A stretch of 64,000 nucleotides of DNA from Octopus vulgaris (lineage: Eukaryota), in the NCBI GenBank assembly GCA_951406725.2, contig OX597835.1:42842001-42906000 (forward strand), in the 5' to 3' direction. Numbering within the stretch: position 1 is the first letter of the stretch; every line of letters begins with the position of its first letter. The position numbers were made by a program, and so were the translations under genes. Shown here in pieces: positions 56,842-64,000 of the stretch. The notes beneath the pieces were generated by a model. It was not told where the DNA came from. It searched no databases and worked only from the letters and a program-made list of their open reading frames with translations.

Positions 56842-58258
56842 TTTGCTTCTCTTTCTTTTCTTTTCCCTCTTCTCTGTCACGTGACTGTTGGCCGAAATCT
56901 GCCTTTCAGTTCCTGACCCTCGTCTTGTTAACATCGCTGTTTTCGTCCGCCACTATAAAGGCTTTTTCCATTGCGCCAGAGAAAAAATTTGTTTGCTTGT
57001 TATCAGTCGTAAGACACTGTTGTTTTCACCGTTAATGCTTCTGTATTTCATGTTTCTGTATTCCATTATTGTTTTTTGTTTTTGTTTTGTTTTTTTTTTT
57101 TTATATCTGTCCCTTTTGCTGTCCTGGTGTTCGTATGCATTCGATCCTTCTTCCAGGAAATCTACGCTTCCAGCTTAGTTTTTCTAATGCTCGTTGCTTG
57201 GTTTTTCTTGGAGGGCTGGCCGTGATCTAGTAATCTCAAGATTAATCAGCCGAAATTACTACGATGATCCGGTTCTTGACTGAAGACTGAGGGTTTCGAA
57301 TGTCCTGTCCGTGTTTATTGTGTCGTCTTCTAAGAGTTATACGTTCTTGTCCATGTTGTATTTTTCTACATACCTTAACATATATTCCAGGCGCCCCGTA
57401 CCCCCCTTAACATTTATGTGAGCACATATTCTTAATAATTGGTACGACTCTCTGTTTGTCTCTCTCTCTCTCTCATTTTTACTTGATCTGTCCCCCTCTC
57501 TCTCTTTTCTCTCTACTCATCCTCTTTTTCTCTTCTCTTTCCTCTGATTCTTTGGTCTAGTCTTCCACTACCCTCCTATTTCTTTGTCTCGCTCTGCACT
57601 CACAGGTCATTCTTCGACACCCATCCCTTCTCTCTGATTCCTTCTTTCTCTCTCTTCTCTCTCTTTGTTGCGTTTGTCCCTCCTCTCTCTCTCTCCTCTC
57701 TCTCTCTCCTCTCTCTCTCTCTTCCTTTGCTTCTCTTTCTTTTCTTTTCCCTCTTCTCTGTCACGTGACTGTTGGCCGAAATCTGCCTTTCAGTTCCTGA
57801 CCCTCGTCTTGTTAACATCGCTGTTTTCGTCCGCCACTATAAAGGCTTTTTCCATTGCGCCAGAGAAAAAATTTGTTTGCTTGTTATCAGTCGTAAGACA
57901 CTGTTGTTTTCACCGTTAATGCTTCTGTATTTCATGTTTCTGTATTCCATTATTGTTTTTTGTTTTTGTTTTGTTTTTTTTTTTTTATATCTGTCCCTTT
58001 TGCTGTCCTGGTGTTCGTATGCATTCGATCCTTCTTCCAGGAAATCTACGCTTCCAGCTTAGTTTTTCTAATGCTCGTTGCTTGGTTTTTCTTGGAGGGC
58101 TGGCCGTGATCTAGTAATCTCAAGATTAATCAGCCGAAATTACTACGATGATCCGGTTCTTGACTGAAGACTGAGGGTTTCGAATGTCCTGTCCGTGTTT
58201 ATTGTGTCGTCTTCTAAGAGTTATACGTTCTTGTCCATGTTGTATTTTTCTACATACC

Positions 58259-58262
<4 letters not shown>
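55992..58262. repeat. 884-bp tandem repeat, about 2.6 near-identical copies
   Basis: Identical ORF starts at 56004, 56888 and 57772 (period 884); copies differ mainly in homopolymer and (CT)n lengths. Confidence 0.95.
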
Positions 58263-58316
<54 letters not shown>

Positions 58317-58486
58317 AGATATGATGTAATTGTATTTTATATTTCTATTTCCATGTCTAGTTATATTTGCAATATATTATGTATAATGTCATTGCTGTTA
58401 TGTAATGGTGTAATAAAGTATTGATTGGGTATTATCTGATGGTTGATGATTGATTGATTTAAGTATGTTTCTCCATTTTCTCATTT

Positions 58487-58528
<42 letters not shown>

Positions 58529-59422
58529 TATACATACATACAAAAGCAAATAAGTAAAAAGGGTGTCCTGTTATTAGTGCATTACGGCCATTTCAAACAG
58601 CTCCATTTAATCAATCAAATCAATATATAATTCCATACACTAGAGGGTATGTTATGAAAGATATGACACCCCAGATAATTCCTTCTACCAAATCATAGTA
58701 TAATGAGTATAATATTTGTTTCCAAAATGTTTAAATGTACAGGTGATGTTATGCTCACAGGATACTCTGAGGTCTAAACTATTATAAATTAGGTTATTCT
58801 TATCTGTATATTTTAAAATATCATAAATTTCCGTAGAACATAGAACCTTATAGCCTTTAAGATTTTTTTATAATGTTGGAAATTTTTTTATATAATTATA
58901 TTTTTTCAAGGTTTTTAAATTAGTTTATCTGTTACAGAATTGATTATCTTATTTTTTGCCCTTAATCTTTTTTCAGTCAATAGAAAATGTGTACCCCTTC
59001 TCGGAAGGAATCTGAATTTAATTATGGCTTCAATGTTGAATAATTTTACAAGGGTCACCTTAACAGTATGCTAGGATGAAACATTATAAGGTTCTATTTC
59101 ATATAGAAGTACCCCACTTTTTAGGGCTTAGATTGGTTTATCTATCCTTCTCATATTACTTGGTCCTTAAATCCCTTTCTAAATTTTATTATTTGATAAA
59201 CAAAATATAATCTATAATATTAATATATAAATTTTGCTAATTTTGGTTATACAATTTTCCCCCTGGACCCTTAATGCCCACTTGGATCTCATTGTGAACT
59301 TCCTTGTTTTTAAGTCAGCCCTGCCCTTCTGCTTTTGGTTAGATACCCTTATCTTGCTGGTATCTTCTGAGACATGTTCTTTTACATTGTCATGTCGAAT
59401 TTATAGCCAGAGTGGCTTTATA

Positions 59423-59850
59423 GGCGCAGGAGTGGCTGTGTGGTAAGTAGCTTGCTTACCAACCACATGGTTCCAGGTTCAGTCCCACTGTGTGGCACCT
59501 TGGGCAAATGTCTTCTACTATAGCCTCGGGCCGACCAAAGCCTTGTGAGTGGATTTGGTTGACGGAAACTGAAAGAAGCCCGTCGTATATATATATATAT
59601 ATATGTATGTGCATGTATGTTTGTGTGTCCTTGTTTGTCCCCCTAGCATTGCTTGACAACCGATGCTGGTGTGTTTATGTCCCCGTCACTTAGTGGTTCG
59701 GCAAAAGAGACCGATAGAATAAGTACTGGGCTTACAAAGAATAAGTCCCAGGGTCGAGTTGCTCGACTAAAGGCGGTGCTCCAGCATGGCCGCAGTCAAA
59801 TGACTGAAACAAGTAAAAGAGTAAAAGAGAGAGAGTAAAGAGAGAGTAAA
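59423..59850 (+). mobile_element. SINE family A, near-consensus copy
   Basis: Colinear with 10748-11165. Confidence 0.9.
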
Positions 59851-60194
59851 TTAGATGTAGGGAAGAGTATCTGACATTAATTAATTTATCACCAGCAGCA
59901 AGAACTTAACTGCCAATTCCCAATAGTCTTTAATCCTAAGTGGATGTAGAACTCTAGCTGCATTGGATCTTTTGGTTGCGATAAGGAGAAAGATGAATGT
60001 AGCTATATTACCATTTCTTGGTCCCCATTGTTATTCTCTTCTGCCACTCCAAATTATAGCAGGCTTTGTGTATTTTCTCCCTGTGTTCGTTCTGCTACAA
60101 TAATAGCAGTAAGAATTCTTTTATTCTCTAGTTCTGATGAAAAATTTGCTAAAACATTGTAATGGAGTATCCTGTATGTTGAAAACCTATATGA

Positions 60195-60258
60195 TGCATC
60201 CGAGGAAAATCCATGTATTGATTGATTAAATGGAGTCACTTGAAACGGCTGTAATGCA
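60195..60258 (+). ncRNA. Hammerhead ribozyme-like motif with U4C core variant
   Basis: tgcat-CCGAGGA-stem II (tccat/atgga)-GAAAC-ggct-GTA-atgca. Confidence 0.5.
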
Positions 60259-62148
60259 CTAATACCTGGACATACTTGTTACTTATTTTCTTTTTATTCA
60301 CCAAAATTCGAGCTGTGAGGACAATACCAGACTGACTTAGTGTCTTAAGTACCTAATTCAACTGAATCTTAATTATTTCTATAAATACATACATATATAT
60401 AAAATATATACATACACACGTGTGTGTGTGCATGTATTTGTATTTGTTTTGTGTTTGTGTCTGTCCTTCCTCAACAGCTTGACAACTGGTGTTGGTTTGT
60501 TTACATCCCCAACTCAACACTTAAGCAAAAGAGATCAATAGAATAGATTTCAGGCTTAAATAAAGAAGTACTGGGATTGATTTGTTCAACTATTTCCTTC
60601 CAGGTGGTGCTCCAGCATGGTCCCACAGTCCAACAACAATCTAAAACTACATTATCCAATATTCACTTTTTCTGTATCCCATGTCTAAGACGACATTGTC
60701 TCATTTGCGCCCTCTTCTCTTTTGCATTTTCATCAAAGATGTTAGGGTATGATTTTCATAAGAATTTATGAAATAACAGTTTTGGAACTATTCTAAGGAA
60801 TTGTTATGAAAGAAATTCTGTTCCCTGAAGCGATGTTTGGAATAAAGCAAGAACTAATTTCTCACAACAGCTGGACATTTTTCCATTCACAGAATCTGTC
60901 TCCTTAATCAGTCAACACTCACAGGCAGGTTTGACCTGGCAGCATCTACTATTCTTTGGCTAATTGTTTTAGAGACCTATATTGTCCTGGATATGACATT
61001 AAAGTGTAAAGATCCCTTTCAGTCAAGACTGACCATGGGATTGCACCTAGAAAGTTCCCCTCCAAAGCACAAGTCCTGGCAAGGTTGTGTTACAGAAGAC
61101 CAGCAGTCGGCCATGCATACCGGCCTCCCGTTTCCATGCCACCGATGTTATCCAAAGGAAAGGCAAAGACCGATACAGCTTGGTACTAGTGATGACGCAA
61201 CTCATTTCTACAGCTGAGTGAACTGGAGCAATATGAAATAAAGTGTCCACCTGAATAAAATAGTAATAAAAGGGGCCCATAGATTTTTTTAAATGGCTGA
61301 GAATCATGTTTTACATAGTTCAAATTACACAAGGGAATGCATGATAAACAAAAGGGGAATTTTGAAAGAGGTTTCTATAAAACTAGTTTCTAAAAACATT
61401 GAATGGCTATGGGGGTGCACCAGACTAAAATGGTAATCAAAGGGGTCCATGGATAAAAAATGGTTGGAAACCCCTGATTTAGGAGAAAGAAATTCTAGAA
61501 TTCATACCCTCCGCCAACAAACCCTAAGCCAGCAGGGAAACGTATGGTTGATGAAACTAACATGAAGTATGTTCAATAGCATAAATTGAGATCAGAAGCA
61601 AGGGGCGCCTATGAACCCTCAAGGGACAACCAGGAGAGTACATCAGCTGCCCTGGACTGGCATGATAGATGCAAGTTGGGGCTCACTCCAGCATCTTCAG
61701 ACTGGAATGTGTTCTGAATACACTTGCCAAGGATCAAATGCTATGGAGGCAACCGGTCCATTTTGGCGCACATTCTGCTGCAGGCAGAGATAATGGGAGG
61801 GAATGTTGTCATGAGTAGACATAGACCCTATGGATACCCTTTTGACTCTCCCACCAGTTGAGTCGGTGGAGCATCGAGGATGAAAGAGAGAGAGAGAGAG
61901 AGAGAGAGCTGCATTGGCACTAGGTTGATATACAATTACAACTGAAATGAAGTACCTACTGAAGAACAAGAACACAACAAACTGCCCAGTCCAGGAATTG
62001 AACCCATGACCTTACAATTATCAGCCCAATGTCTTAACCATTAAGCCAAGTACCTGTCTCATAGAAAACAAAAATATGCTGTAGTAACAAATTCTTTTAA
62101 ATTCTACATTACTTCAAGTGGAATACTGGCCATATTTATTATTCTATA

Positions 62149-62314
62149 GGCATAGGAGTGGCTGTGTGGAAAGTAGCTTGCTTACCAACCACATGGTTCT
62201 GGGTTCAGTCTCACTGCGTGGCACCTTGGGCAAGTGTCTTCTACTATAGCCTCAGGCCGACCAAAGCCTTGTGAGTGGATTTGGTAGACAGAAACTGAAA
62301 GAAGCCTGTTGTGC

Positions 62315-62388
<74 letters not shown>

Positions 62389-62552
62389 GTGTTGTGTTTA
62401 CACCCCCTTAACTTAGCAGTTCGGTAAAAGAGACCGATAGAGTAAGTACTAGGCTTACAAAGAATTAGTCCCGGGGTCGATTTGCTCAACTGAAGGCGGT
62501 GCTCCAGCATGGCTGCAGTCAAATGACTGAAACAAGTAGAGAGTAAAAGAAT
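62149..62552 (+). mobile_element. SINE family A
   Basis: Colinear with 10748-11165. Confidence 0.85.
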
Positions 62553-63214
62553 AAGTACAAAATTTGCCATGACACTAAAATCTGGGTCTTGGCTTTCAGT
62601 TGTGCTAGGGTCTAGGGGAAGGGAAAGGGACATTGCAGGGGAGAAGTATTAGCAACTGTTTCAATTAGATTGGAGGAAGTTGTAGTAGATGAGAAGGGGG
62701 GGGTCCTTGTAGAAGAAGGGGGAAGTAACAAATGGGAAAAGGGGGGAGGTACTTGTAGAGGAGGGAGATGAAATGGCATCACAAATGTAATTTTCTGACA
62801 GTTTATCATTGCAATGTTGACTGAAGGATCCTCAAAAATAGCAGCCAAATCCCCCTTAAACCATCTTATGTTGTCTTAATACAAGAAAGAACATATGGAA
62901 TAAATGCAATCCTAGTAAACCCCTAAAAAGGAGAGGGGATAGTTTTGGCTTTGATGCTTTTGATCATATGTCTGATTTATCATAGCTGACCTAGGGTTAA
63001 AGAACAACACTAACAACTGAGGGAGCTTCTATGTGGTCATTCAATCAGCTAGAAATAGCAGCCAAATCTCCTTCAAATCACTCCTTACCATACTGAATCA
63101 ACAACAGCAACAATAACAGCCAACAGTTTGAAAACAATTTACAACATAATTACATAAATAAAATATGGAAAAAAAACCCAATCAATCAATAAAGATCAAT
63201 AAAATAATTCTTAC

Positions 63215-63287
63215 AACTTTGACATTTGACCAAAGACAGGAACTGTAGAACAGCCACTAAGAGTAAAAGTGTTCGATTCTTAACCAT
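63215..63287 (-). CDS. Gene 2 exon 1: signal peptide MVKNRTLLLLVAVLQFLSLVKCQS, phase-1 end
   Basis: accATGg context, basic n-region, hydrophobic core and VKC-Q cleavage-like site. Donor T|GTAAGA; 73 nt = 24 codons + 1; the terminal T completes the first Cys of exon 2. Confidence 0.8.
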
Positions 63288-63364
63288 GGTTCTTGTAGAG
63301 GATTCTACAAATCTGTTATGCAATTTCTTATGGCGCTTAGTAAATGATATGGTCTGTGAGGAGT

Positions 63365-63372
63365 CTTATATA
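63365..63372 (-). promoter_or_regulatory. Putative gene 2 TATA box (TATATAAG)
   Basis: 85 nt upstream of the ATG at 63287. Confidence 0.5.
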
Positions 63373-64000
63373 CTAAAACACTTCTCATTAAATACGTTGC
63401 TGTTGGCAGCCACATCACATTCGGTAAACCTGACATTATCCAGCTGGGAGAGACAGAAGTGTGGGTTGTTTGAGATGAAAGTACAGGTTGAAATTACACG
63501 GAAAGCACGTAGGCTTTAGAAATCCTAATAGCTTGTTACTGTTGTTTTCATTGTTGTTTGTTATTATTGTTATTATTGACTGTCATAAGTCATTATCTGA
63601 AAATGTTGTTGTGTTATTGTTTAAACAGCTGCGCAAATCCTAGCAAATAGAAAACAGAAAAAGTGATTAAATTATTTGTAAAGTTCCAAAATGGCAGATG
63701 TCCTGAGGGTGTTAGGGGAGAAGTGTTGGTATTGAGATTATCAATATTTTATTATTTCGAATTGATCCTCAGGTCGTATTCTATAATTTAAGTGGTTTAT
63801 TTATTGAACAGATGAATTTAACGAGTGGGAAACAGGTTTTCAGATCTTGCATTAATTATGTGATATTGCGATCCCTCATGATGGAAATAGCTTTTGATTG
63901 AGTTTAAAAACACCATAGAGAAACATAAAAGAAAACACCGGGCAGTCACTCAGGCTAAATAAACATTTCAGTCTCTACAAAGACCGCATTTCATGTGGAC

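Larger units (their letters stand above)
58545..60290. mobile_element. Element bounded by imperfect inverted repeats (58572-58618 / 60218-60264), Penelope-like, with a SINE A insertion at 59423-59850
   Basis: tattagtgcattacggccatttcaa...ctccatttaatcaatcaa and its reverse complement; the right arm is part of a hammerhead-like motif. Confidence 0.5.

Noticed and set aside
63226-63519. 97-aa plus-strand ORF
   Set aside because: Antisense shadow of gene 2 exon 1 and promoter; non-ATG start, no motifs.

Overview
AT-rich, microsatellite-saturated eukaryotic genomic DNA. The repeat repertoire (tRNA-derived SINEs with internal (TA/TG)n, RTE LINE 3' ends with (GAT)n tails, Penelope-like elements, Tc1/mariner relics) points to an octopus/coleoid cephalopod; this is an inference from repeat content. 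Most ORF-track entries are microsatellite translations or transposon debris. Manual splicing reveals two convergent (tail-to-tail) paralogous multi-exon genes that the ORF track only catches in fragments. Both encode small secreted Cys-rich proteins. Gene 1 (+, 10261-22727, 103 aa) is signal peptide + one 6-Cys 'module A' + one beta-defensin/big-defensin-like 6-Cys 'module B'. Gene 2 (-, 63287-43891, 192 aa) is signal peptide + module A x2 + Pro/Thr mucin-like linker + module B. All coding introns are phase 1, each module sits on its own exon, and the first Cys codon of every module A is split by an intron. I do not recognise module A or the A+B architecture. The window also carries several minimal type I hammerhead-ribozyme motifs in Penelope/retrozyme-like repeats, long fold-back palindromes, an 884-bp tandem repeat, and a LINE-derived patch written into a Penelope GIY-YIG domain. 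Repeat boundaries are approximate; exon boundaries were read base by base.
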